Below, in pieces: positions 47,277 through 56,390 of a stretch of 64,000 nt of DNA. The DNA is taken from positions 224,001-288,000 of the forward strand of contig OY969807.1 of the NCBI GenBank assembly GCA_963703285.1, read 5' to 3'. Below the pieces are notes generated by a model, which was not told the DNA's origin, made no database searches, and saw only the letters and a list, made by a program, of their open reading frames with translations. Both the position numbers and the translations under genes were made by a program. Numbering within the stretch: the first letter of the stretch is position 1; each line of letters opens with the position of its first letter. The stretch is from an uncultured Nitrososphaerota archaeon (lineage in GTDB: Archaea > Thermoproteota > Nitrososphaeria > Nitrososphaerales > Gagatemarchaeaceae).

Positions 47277-47669
47277 ATGGAATCCGCGGACCCGATTCGG
47301 CTCTTCTCGGGCAGAAGATACATCAGCCTCGAGTCCTACGACTCTGACGGAGAGCCCAGACGGACTCCGGTCCTGTCGGTCGAGAGCGGAGGTCTCCTCT
47401 ATCTGCGCACGGATCCACACACCTGGAAGGTCAAGAGAATCCAGAGCAATCCTCATGTCCGCGTCGCTCTCTGCGACAGGACCGGGAGGCCTACCGGGGC
47501 CTGGCTCGAGGCGGATGCTAAGGTGATTGAGGGGCAGGAACAATCCAAGGTGACGGACGTCTTCGATAAGGAGTACGGGTCTCTCGGAAACCTGCTGGTC
47601 ACGCTCGTGAGCCGCCTCAGGGGCGAGAAGCTCACGACCTTCATCTCAGTTAAGCTCAGGCCGTCCTAG
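47277..47669 (+). CDS. PPOX-class probable F420-dependent oxidoreductase
   Basis: YISL.SY..DG....TPV, KVKRI..NP.V.VA.CD..G. Confidence 0.85.
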   Translation: MESADPIRLFSGRRYISLESYDSDGEPRRTPVLSVESGGLLYLRTDPHTWKVKRIQSNPHVRVALCDRTGRPTGAWLEADAKVIEGQEQSKVTDVFDKEYGSLGNLLVTLVSRLRGEKLTTFISVKLRPS

Positions 47670-47811
47670 GCCTCCAGCGCTTCGTCGCAGACAAAGACCA
47701 CCAGATGGGACGCAGATAGCGCCCGGCGATGCCGCGAGACACCCCGTCCCCCCCTCAAACCTTAAATAAACGACCCCGGGAGCGTTTCGAACGTAAAGGT
47801 AGTTATTCGTA

Positions 47812-49137
47812 ATGGCAGACAAACCTCACCTGAACCTTATCGTGACCGGTCACGTCGACCACGGGAAGTCCACCAGCATGGGCCACTTCCTCTTCGACCT
47901 CGGCGCAGTCGACCAGAGGACGATCGACGAGTTCGCCCGCGAGTCCGAGAAGACCGGTATGGGTGACAGCTTCAAGTTCGCGTGGGTCTTGGACCAGCTG
48001 AAAGACGAGAGGGAGCGCGGAGTCACCATCGACCTCGCCTTCCAGAAATTCGAGACGCAGAAGTACTTCTACACGCTCATCGACGCGCCCGGCCACCGCG
48101 ACTTCATCAAGAACATGATTACCGGCGCCTCGGAGGCGGACGCGGCCGTCCTGGTCGTCTCCGCGAAGACGGGCGAGAAGGACACAGCCCTCGGCCCGGG
48201 CGGCCAGGCAAGGGAGCACGCCTTCCTGCTCAAGACGCTGGGCGTCAACCAGCTCGTCGTGATCATCAACAAGATGGACGACCAGACCGTCAAGTACAGC
48301 GAGAAGATGTACAACGACGCCAAGCAGGACGTCGAGAACCTGCTGAAGGCCTCGGGGTACAATGTCTCCAAGATACGATTCATCCCTGTCTCTGGCTGGA
48401 CCGGAGAGAACCTCGTCAAGAAGTCCGATAACATGCCCTGGTACAAGGGTCCGACCCTCCTCCAGGCGCTCGACGAGTTCGTGGAGCCCCCGAAGCCGAT
48501 CGAGAAGCCGCTGAGACTCCCAGTTCAGGACGTCTACACGATTACAGGTGTCGGAACCGTTCCGGTCGGAAGAGTAGAGACGGGCAAGATCAAGGTCGGG
48601 GACACGGTCGCCATCATGCCAGAGGGCTTGACCGCAGAGGTCAAGTCCATCGAGACCCACCACACTCCGATGCAGGAGGCGATGGCGGGCGACAACATCG
48701 GGTTCAACCTCAGGGGCGTCGCGAAGACGGACTTCCACAGGGGAAGCGTCTTGGGGCCCTCCAACAACCCTCCGACCATCGCAAAGGAGTTCATGGCCCA
48801 GATCATCGTCGTCTTCCATCCCACCGCCATCGCGGCCGGGTACACGCCGGTCCTGCACGCACACACGGCCCAGGTCGCCGCGACCATCACGGAGATAGTC
48901 GCCAAGATCGACCCGAGGACAGGCCAGGCCACCGAGGAGAAGCCGAAGACCATCAAGACCGGAGACTCGGCAATCGTAAAAATCACACCCTTGCGCCCCG
49001 TAGTCCTCGAGACCTTCAAAGAATTCCCAGAATTGGGCAGATTTGCATTGAGAGACATGGGGTCAACTGTCGCAGCAGGCATCGTGCGAGAAATCACCGT
49101 CAAGGGTCAAGTCGAGAAGGCAGTCGCAAAGGCGTAG
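47812..49137 (+). CDS. tuf: Elongation factor 1-alpha
   Basis: GHVDHGKST, ERERGVTID, DAPGHRDF, NKMD, GRFALRDMG; TATA CTTAAATA at 47761. Confidence 0.98.
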   Translation: MADKPHLNLIVTGHVDHGKSTSMGHFLFDLGAVDQRTIDEFARESEKTGMGDSFKFAWVLDQLKDERERGVTIDLAFQKFETQKYFYTLIDAPGHRDFIKNMITGASEADAAVLVVSAKTGEKDTALGPGGQAREHAFLLKTLGVNQLVVIINKMDDQTVKYSEKMYNDAKQDVENLLKASGYNVSKIRFIPVSGWTGENLVKKSDNMPWYKGPTLLQALDEFVEPPKPIEKPLRLPVQDVYTITGVGTVPVGRVETGKIKVGDTVAIMPEGLTAEVKSIETHHTPMQEAMAGDNIGFNLRGVAKTDFHRGSVLGPSNNPPTIAKEFMAQIIVVFHPTAIAAGYTPVLHAHTAQVAATITEIVAKIDPRTGQATEEKPKTIKTGDSAIVKITPLRPVVLETFKEFPELGRFALRDMGSTVAAGIVREITVKGQVEKAVAKA

Positions 49138-49302
49138 GCTCCCCACCTCTTACTTTCTATAGACAATTCATGGGGGTGTTTCCGACGTTCCCTTCTGCTG
49201 ACCAGTGGGCACGTAGCCCTCGTCCAAAATCCATAGCCGGAGAGGATTTAGATAAAACATATGGTATAGACTTAAAAGTCACAGATAGGCTAGAAATCAC
49301 CG

Positions 49303-51420
49303 ATGTCGTCCAAGGGGAAGAGCGATTTGTCGGTAAGCCAGTCGAAGCAAGCGGCCAAGCCTGCGGTCCCGAAGGAACGAGAGCAGTTCAGCGCCCTATT
49401 GCTGACCAACCCGAACTACTTCGGGAATCTTGCGAGCCCAATCAACCCAGTTGTGAGCATCCTGTCGGACACGACCTACGAGAATCTCGCGTGCGTCGGG
49501 TTCCAGCCGCAGCTGAACTGGCTCGAGGGGGTCGTGTATGTGAACCAGACCTCTGGCTACGGCGGCGGTCTCTGTTCCAGCGGATCGCAGGAGTACGTCC
49601 GCTTCTACCTCTCATACGACGGCGGGGTCACCTGGCTGGACCAGGGCCTGACGAGCTTCACAGTGTATGACATCACCCACACAGGGGCGCTCGAGTACGA
49701 CGTCACGCTCCCGATCAATCCGAACGCAGAACTCTGCTTTGTCGAGAACCTGCCGACGGTCCGAGCGATACTCTCCTGGAACAACCCTCCCCCTGCGAAC
49801 ACCCCCAGTTTCATACCTGTCTGGGGGAACGTCGTCGACTCCCGAATTCAGATAGCGCCTGGCGGATTCATAACGCTGTCGGACCTGCTGACCGACGAGA
49901 AGGTCGCTCTTCCGGCGAATCTGAAATCCGTGCTCGACCCTATGCAGCCGCTTCAGACGGTTAAGCCCAAACCGGTAGCGCTCGCCGACCTGCAGACGGC
50001 CTACAAGGCAGCGAACGTTCCCGTCCATCGTTACGCGTTCGCAGACCTCCAGAAGCTCATCAAGTATCCGGCTCCCTCCCCATCCGCTACCGCGTCCGGG
50101 GCAAACAGCAGCCTGAGTGTGCTCAACGTCAACATCGCCGAGGTTCTGGGGAACCTTGAGGCGACGGAGGGCGACACCAGCTATGAGCAGCTAAACTGCG
50201 TCGGGCTCGACACCAACAGGAACGTCTTGGACGGCATCTTGACGATCAAGCTTCAGGAGGGATACTCCGGAAGCCTCTGCACCGCCGGGAGCCAGGAGTA
50301 CGTCGCTTACTGGGTCGATTGGGGGAGCGGCTGGACTTACGTCGGCACGACCTCCGTGAACGTCCACGACATCAGCGGGATTCCCGTCGAAGGGCTGAAG
50401 TATGCGGCCGTCGTCCCGGTCGACGTATCGAGCCATCGCCAGCCCTGTCAGCAGGGAGCCAACACCGCCCGCGTGAGGGCCACGCTCTCTTGGCAGACAC
50501 CTCCACCCCCAAGCGACCCTGACTACGTTCCAGTTTGGGGGAACACCGTGGAGACCATTGTCAACATTGACCCAGGGGCCGCGGCGACCGCTGGTACCCC
50601 TGACATCAGCATCATCGGAGGCGTGGGGATCGCTGACATAGACGTGACAGGTACAGGGCTAACGTTCCCTGGCGCGAACTTCGCGCTGACGGGAGGCCCC
50701 ACCGACCCCTGGCTCAACACGAGACAGTGCCCGTTCGGCGGCCAGGTGGTGATACAGGGCTATCCGACGGTCGGTTCGAAGTACAGGGTCTGGGTCCAGG
50801 AGTCCGGCAGCCCCTTCCCGACGATGCTGACGTCCGAAATCTGGACGGTCAACCTGATGGGAGTGGGAAGCTGGATGTCTCCGGACAGCAGCGGCTTCTT
50901 CACCTACCTCGACACCACCCAGAACATGGACAACACTCTCGCGTACTGGTACAGCACGGGAGATGACCTCTGGCAGGTCTGGCTCGAGATCGCCAACACC
51001 TCCGACGTGGTCTTGGGATCCACGCCAAGGTACAACATTCAGCTCGACAACACGGCACCCACCGTCCAGATCCACATAGACTCCGGCGGCGACTGCAAGG
51101 ACTTCACCGTCGACACGACGGTCGACGGACACTTCGTCGCGCAGGACGCAAACTTCGGCTACTTCTCGCTGAGCACCCTCCCGAACAACCCGCCCACAAT
51201 GCCCTCGAACGACCCAACGACCACGACGCCCAACGCCTCAGAGACTGCAGCGCCTCCGGGAGACCCCTGGACTCTCAACACGATGAGCCCAGCAGAGATG
51301 GTGCCGTGCGGCTACGTCGTCCTTCTGGAGGCGTGGGACCTCTCGATCGTCGACAGCTCTCCTGGCTCGCACAACGGCAACAGCACATCCGTCGGGTTCT
51401 GTCTCCGCGCTTCGGACTAG
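49303..51420 (+). CDS. Large hypothetical protein with an internally duplicated beta-rich domain
   Basis: Two repeats: YE.L.CVG...L.G......GY.G.LC..GSQEYV....W...G.TS..V.DI...VRA.LSW..PPP...P...PVWGN. Confidence 0.8.
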   Translation: MSSKGKSDLSVSQSKQAAKPAVPKEREQFSALLLTNPNYFGNLASPINPVVSILSDTTYENLACVGFQPQLNWLEGVVYVNQTSGYGGGLCSSGSQEYVRFYLSYDGGVTWLDQGLTSFTVYDITHTGALEYDVTLPINPNAELCFVENLPTVRAILSWNNPPPANTPSFIPVWGNVVDSRIQIAPGGFITLSDLLTDEKVALPANLKSVLDPMQPLQTVKPKPVALADLQTAYKAANVPVHRYAFADLQKLIKYPAPSPSATASGANSSLSVLNVNIAEVLGNLEATEGDTSYEQLNCVGLDTNRNVLDGILTIKLQEGYSGSLCTAGSQEYVAYWVDWGSGWTYVGTTSVNVHDISGIPVEGLKYAAVVPVDVSSHRQPCQQGANTARVRATLSWQTPPPPSDPDYVPVWGNTVETIVNIDPGAAATAGTPDISIIGGVGIADIDVTGTGLTFPGANFALTGGPTDPWLNTRQCPFGGQVVIQGYPTVGSKYRVWVQESGSPFPTMLTSEIWTVNLMGVGSWMSPDSSGFFTYLDTTQNMDNTLAYWYSTGDDLWQVWLEIANTSDVVLGSTPRYNIQLDNTAPTVQIHIDSGGDCKDFTVDTTVDGHFVAQDANFGYFSLSTLPNNPPTMPSNDPTTTTPNASETAAPPGDPWTLNTMSPAEMVPCGYVVLLEAWDLSIVDSSPGSHNGNSTSVGFCLRASD

Positions 51421-51592
51421 AAGCGCGGGCTTCCCTGGCAGGTCCTCGAGTCGGGTCGGCTTCACAGCGCCCGATTCCTGGCTCACAGAAATCGCCAACG
51501 ATGCCTCGTAAGGAGCCGCTCCGGCATGTCTCGATCTTCTGAGGTCCTCGGGGTTTCTCGCGATGCGACTTCTGTGATCCGACTTGACGGCG

Positions 51593-51982
51593 CTAGTCCT
51601 TCCGGTTGGATATCAGGAACTCGTTCCCATCCGGGTCAGCAAAAACCGCCCGGTGGAAGCTGGCTCCCGTCACCTCGACGAGCGTCGGCTCCACCGTCAC
51701 GGCTCCTCCCCTCCTCTTGATCTCTTCACAAGCGGCCACCGGGTCGGGGCTATAGAAGACGACCCCCGTGACCGTCCCCGGCTCCCTGCCTCCCTCCCCC
51801 GGAGCCATTATGTGCATCGTCAGGAGCGTCGAGGTCTCCGGCAGCGCGAAGACCGCCCGGTTCGCCTTCTCATTGAAGCTCACCTCCTTCAAGCCGAGCA
51901 CCTCCGAGTAGAACTTCCTCGCCTTCTGGATGTCGACGATGTGCAGTGTCACTGCGTGCAGCCCCGCAACTGGATCAGTCAT
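51593..51982 (-). CDS. VOC/glyoxalase family protein
   Basis: H.VTL...D..KA..FY..VLGL, F.DPDGN. Confidence 0.9.
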   Translation of the reverse strand: MTDPVAGLHAVTLHIVDIQKARKFYSEVLGLKEVSFNEKANRAVFALPETSTLLTMHIMAPGEGGREPGTVTGVVFYSPDPVAACEEIKRRGGAVTVEPTLVEVTGASFHRAVFADPDGNEFLISNRKD

Positions 51983-52007
51983 GGCAGGACAGCGGACTCG
52001 GTAACTG

Positions 52008-54716
52008 TTAAGGGCTGCGGCTCTGCGGAGTCTGGACGTCGGGGACGGCCGGGCTCTCGGCCTTCTGGCCCCGCTCTAGGAGGAGCAGCATCGAGGGGAA
52101 GTAGAAGATGCGGATAACGAAGGTGTCGATTATCATCGATATCACGAACGCTATCCCAATCTGCTCGAGGAGGCCGAACGGTACGAGCCCCAGGCTCCCG
52201 AGCGATACCGCTAGGATGAGGCCCAGGGCGGTCACCACGGACCCCGAACCGACCATCGCCCTTGCCAGGCCCTCCTCGAACCCGTGCGCAGCCTGCTCCT
52301 CCCTCACGCGGGAGAGTATGAAGACGGCAAAGTCGTTCCCCAGCGACATCAGGATGACGTAGATGATGATGGGAATCAGGAAGACCAGTTCCTCACCGAG
52401 CAGGTACTTCGAGATCGCGTACAGTATCGCCGTCGTCCACGTGATGCTGATGAAGACTCCCGTGAGCGAGATGAATGGATACTTTGCGCTCCTGAACGAG
52501 TAGCCGAGCACGATGGCGATGACCGCGACGATGAGAAGCTCCAGTTCGAGGAAGGCTGAGTTGTAGTAGCCTTGGAGGTCGATGATGCTCGACGTCAGCC
52601 CTCCGACGAGGAACTGGCTGTTTGACCTCAGCTGGTCCACGAGCGAGATGGCGTTGCTCGAGTAGGGGTCGTAGACCGTGAATACGATGAAGTACGCGTA
52701 GGAGCCGTGGTCGAAGACGAACTGCGAATCCAGGTTGCTCGGCTGGATCTTCGTCCCGTTGATTGTCGGACCTATCACCTCCTTGATCCCAGGCGTCGCG
52801 AGGAGGGTCCTCGCGTCCGACTCCAGGGTCGACGTCGCCGCGGAAGTGAGGCCTCCGGCGCCGCCCGTAGCGTTCTCGGGGAAGCTCACGATCACGAACG
52901 TGGGGTAGATCTCGTTGGTGCCGAACTTCTGGTCTACGATGTTCAGCGCCTGAACGCTAGACAGATTCTGGGGCAGGCCCTCGTTGAGGTTGTAGGTGGT
53001 GGGAATCGTGAACCAGAGGAGGGTTGTGGGGACGGCGAGTAGCACGATTACCCCCAGAATCAGGAACTTGCGCCTCTGGGAGAGCCTCGCGATCCTGTAG
53101 AACGACGACCCCTCCACCGACGGCGCCCTCTTCTGCGTCTCCGCCCGCCCGCGCCGCAGCCGAAGTGTTCCGATGGTGAACACCCTCGGCCCGAGGAGGC
53201 TGAGGATGGCTGGCACGAGGGTCGTCTCGAGAAGCACGGTGAGGAGGATCGTGAGCGATAGGACGGGCCCCCAGCTCTCGAGCCCTGAGACCAGGGAGAT
53301 TGCGCCCAGGCTGAGGGCGACGGTGACGCCAGATACGAGAACCGCGAATCCAGCCTTCCTCGTCGCAGTGTTGAGCGCCCCTAAGCTCGATTGGCCCTTC
53401 CTCAGTTCCTCCCTGTACCTCGACAGCATGAAGACGAAGTAGTCCGTCGAGACGCCGAGCACGACCGCGGTCAGGATGTTTGTGACATCATAGTCCACCG
53501 AGCCTATCGCCATCCCCGTCAGCGTGATGGAGACGTATCCCAGCGCAGTCGTCAGGGAGACGACGATGAGCACCAGGACGGGCGGGAGCACCGCCGCGAA
53601 GAGCAGCCCGACGGTGACGGCGAGAAAGACGAAGATGAGGCCGAAGGCGTAGGCTGAGCTCGCCGAGAGCTGGGCCGTGTCCGCGGCCACCGCACCGAGT
53701 CCGGTGACCTCGGAGGTCCCGAAGTACTTCCCGGACAGGGTCCTGACTTCGGCGGTCGCGCTCTGGGCTGGATAGAAGTCATTGGCGCCACGGTAGCTCT
53801 CGGTCACATTGAAGTTGACCGTGACCAGGTACGTCGAGTTGTCGGGGCTGACGTACTGCTGCCTGATGAAGGACGGGGCGCCCAGCAGGCCGTACTTTGT
53901 GAGGTAGTAGTCGCTCGCGTTGTCTCCCGCGACGAGCGAGGCCTGTACGAGGCGCGTCGATATCGGGAACCCTGAAGCGGCCGTCAGGAACGCGGAGACC
54001 GGCGTCAGGACGTCGGAGCGATAGTTCGTCACGTTGTATCCCGCCGTGTAGACCACGGGGAAGATCTCGAAGGGCTGAAGCGGGAAGAATTTCTGGACGG
54101 CGGCCCACGAGGTCGAGTTCTGTACCTTCTCAACGGGGCTCCATGATGGTTCCGTCGAGAATGTCTGGTTGAGGTCCTTCAGGAACAGGGACTCGTAGGC
54201 GCTCCCGTCGTAGGAAGCGCCCGACGCGGCCTGGTTTATGGCCGTTTGAGCATAATCATACTCCGTCCAGTTCCCGAGGAACGCGCTCGGGAACGCGTAA
54301 ACCTGTGCCGCCAGCGTCGAGATGCTCGAGTAGGTGGAGTTTATCCCTTGGACGGTGCTGTTAGTGAAAACCTGCTTGAGGAACTTCTCGAAGCTGGAGA
54401 ACGCCGAGCTGCTGCCCGAGAGGTACGGGATGCGGCTCGAGTTGAGCGCGGCTTGGAATGCGAGCGTCTGGTTCTGTATCTCGGCCTCGGTCTCGGTGCT
54501 GCTCGGCTGGAAGACGACGACGAGGGTGGAGTTCGAGGGCGAGAGCGAGGAGAGCACCTGCTGCGCTCTCGAGGATTCGCTGTTCGCGAGAGACTTGGGG
54601 CTCTCTGAGTAGCTGATGTAATGCCCATAGTTAAGGAGGAGCGGCGTCACCGCGATGAAGGCGATGACCCACAATATGATCACCGTCCTCTTCCGCTGTA
54701 CCACCGTCTCTGACAT
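52008..54716 (-). CDS. MMPL/RND family transporter
   Basis: LGVSTDY.VF.LSRYREE, SG.TV, SLGNDF.VF..SRVREE, G.VVTA.G.ILA. Confidence 0.9.
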   Translation of the reverse strand: MSETVVQRKRTVIILWVIAFIAVTPLLLNYGHYISYSESPKSLANSESSRAQQVLSSLSPSNSTLVVVFQPSSTETEAEIQNQTLAFQAALNSSRIPYLSGSSSAFSSFEKFLKQVFTNSTVQGINSTYSSISTLAAQVYAFPSAFLGNWTEYDYAQTAINQAASGASYDGSAYESLFLKDLNQTFSTEPSWSPVEKVQNSTSWAAVQKFFPLQPFEIFPVVYTAGYNVTNYRSDVLTPVSAFLTAASGFPISTRLVQASLVAGDNASDYYLTKYGLLGAPSFIRQQYVSPDNSTYLVTVNFNVTESYRGANDFYPAQSATAEVRTLSGKYFGTSEVTGLGAVAADTAQLSASSAYAFGLIFVFLAVTVGLLFAAVLPPVLVLIVVSLTTALGYVSITLTGMAIGSVDYDVTNILTAVVLGVSTDYFVFMLSRYREELRKGQSSLGALNTATRKAGFAVLVSGVTVALSLGAISLVSGLESWGPVLSLTILLTVLLETTLVPAILSLLGPRVFTIGTLRLRRGRAETQKRAPSVEGSSFYRIARLSQRRKFLILGVIVLLAVPTTLLWFTIPTTYNLNEGLPQNLSSVQALNIVDQKFGTNEIYPTFVIVSFPENATGGAGGLTSAATSTLESDARTLLATPGIKEVIGPTINGTKIQPSNLDSQFVFDHGSYAYFIVFTVYDPYSSNAISLVDQLRSNSQFLVGGLTSSIIDLQGYYNSAFLELELLIVAVIAIVLGYSFRSAKYPFISLTGVFISITWTTAILYAISKYLLGEELVFLIPIIIYVILMSLGNDFAVFILSRVREEQAAHGFEEGLARAMVGSGSVVTALGLILAVSLGSLGLVPFGLLEQIGIAFVISMIIDTFVIRIFYFPSMLLLLERGQKAESPAVPDVQTPQSRSP

Positions 54717-54915
54717 TCTCAATCCAATTGTCCTGCCTCTTCCCGGGAGGGAAGATTCCCTCTATTCTTCACGAACGCTCGCCGGACGGGCATTGATAAC
54801 CGTTACATCCGACGTGCCGAAACAACCCCGTTTGTCCTCGCTACCCGTTTAGCCGTCCAAGGGCGCCCCGCTTCTTGAGACAACCCTTACATGCAAGTGA
54901 CTCCCCGTCGATCCA

Positions 54916-55113
54916 GTGGAAATGCTCTGCCAGCTGTGTCACCGTCCCGTTTCCATGGTGGACCAGTCGTGGGCGGACAGGCTGTCGGCCCTAGAGGGAA
55001 GACCGCCCGGCCGCAGGGCTTACGAATGCCACATCTGTGAGGCCCTGATCTTCGAGGATGAGATGCCTGGTGGCGACTTCGCTCCCAAGCAGCCCCGCAG
55101 GTTCTGGAGCTGA
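54916..55113 (+). CDS. Small putative zinc-finger protein
   Basis: CQLC ... YECHIC, 65 aa. Confidence 0.55.
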   Translation: MEMLCQLCHRPVSMVDQSWADRLSALEGRPPGRRAYECHICEALIFEDEMPGGDFAPKQPRRFWS

Positions 55114-55180
55114 CTGGTTTCGACGGCGTGGGGTTGACACCCCGGTCTCAGCGATTCTGTCTCGAACTCGGCTGCTATGC

Positions 55181-55591
55181 TCACTCGATGGTCGAAAGGA
55201 TGTCGGCGATCTTCTTGCACACGTACTCGGCGATGGATGAGCGCGACATCCTGAGCGCGAGGGACATCTTGTGATCCGGGGCCTCGATCAACACTATCTT
55301 CTGGTTCTTGAATGCACCTATGAGGAACTCCAGCCCGCCGAGCATCCCCGATTCTTGGTCTGCCGCACCGAGTATCAGCTTGGACAGGACCCCCAGCTTC
55401 GGCAGGAGGTCCTCGTCGATGTAGTTGGCCCTGGCCAGCCTCCCCGACCTCCCGATCGCCAGGACCTCCCCGCGGGAGTCCACGACGAGCAGGCTCAGGA
55501 TCGAGGGGTCGCAGTCTACGACCGCTTTCGCTATCCTCCCCGCTAGCTGCTTCCGCGCCGTCTCCTCCGTTTCTCTTGCCCCCTTCTTCAT
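55181..55591 (-). CDS. Roadblock/longin-like hypothetical protein
   Basis: I....VVD..GEVL then helix and G.LE.L...F.N.K pattern; ATG at 55591. Confidence 0.55.
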   Translation of the reverse strand: MKKGARETEETARKQLAGRIAKAVVDCDPSILSLLVVDSRGEVLAIGRSGRLARANYIDEDLLPKLGVLSKLILGAADQESGMLGGLEFLIGAFKNQKIVLIEAPDHKMSLALRMSRSSIAEYVCKKIADILSTIE

Positions 55592-55781
55592 GCGAGGTCG
55601 TCGAGGCCGACGGGACGTATTTGAGAGTTGAGTCGACTTCGTGGGGGCCCTAGGCCGCGGTAACGGAGCGAAGTGAGGCAGGCTGGTCACCTCCATCCCT
55701 CTCAGTGTGCCCGGCGACCGGATTTTCAAACTTGAGAATTGACTAGGCGCATTAAATAGCTTGTTGTAACGCTCGACAACC

Positions 55782-56216
55782 ATGGACCAGCTCGTTGTTG
55801 CCGTCGACGGCTCCCCGCACTCCGTCAAGGTGGTCGACTTCGCCGCCCAGCTGGCAAGGTCGATCCCCGCAACGATAGTGCTGGTGAACGTGATCCCGGA
55901 TCCGAACGTCCCGAGCGGCTACGTGGAGTATACCAAGACCGAGGGGGTGGACCCAGCGGCCTACTACGAGCAGGTCTCTCGGGTGATAGTCGATACCATG
56001 GGCGCTCGCCTCAGGAAGGCTGGTCTGAAGTACGAGGTAGCCGCCAATAGGGGCAACCCCGCAACCTTCATCCTGGAGGTAGCGAAACGGAAGAAGGCGA
56101 GCATGATCATAGTAGGGGTCTTCGGACTGCACCACCTGGGTCGCATCAGGTCTCTCGGCAGCGTCTCGCGCCGCGTGGCTGAGAACTCGACGATTCCTGT
56201 AGTGCTGGTCCCCTAG
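55782..56216 (+). CDS. Universal stress protein
   Basis: VVAVDGS.HS, GNPA..I, IIVG..G, LGSVS.RV......PV.LV. Confidence 0.93.
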   Translation: MDQLVVAVDGSPHSVKVVDFAAQLARSIPATIVLVNVIPDPNVPSGYVEYTKTEGVDPAAYYEQVSRVIVDTMGARLRKAGLKYEVAANRGNPATFILEVAKRKKASMIIVGVFGLHHLGRIRSLGSVSRRVAENSTIPVVLVP

Positions 56217-56390
56217 GGAACCCGGAGAGAATCGAGAGTTGACCCACTTGCACCTCCTCAACGCCAGGTGCTCCTCAGGCTCAGGAGCGTCGGGCCCAAG
56301 CCGTCCAGTCGGCGGGACCGGCCTGTCTCCGTTCAATAGTCTTATGAAGCGCCTGCCAAAGCGAAGGTCAAGCCCCCGGAGCAATGTGGT

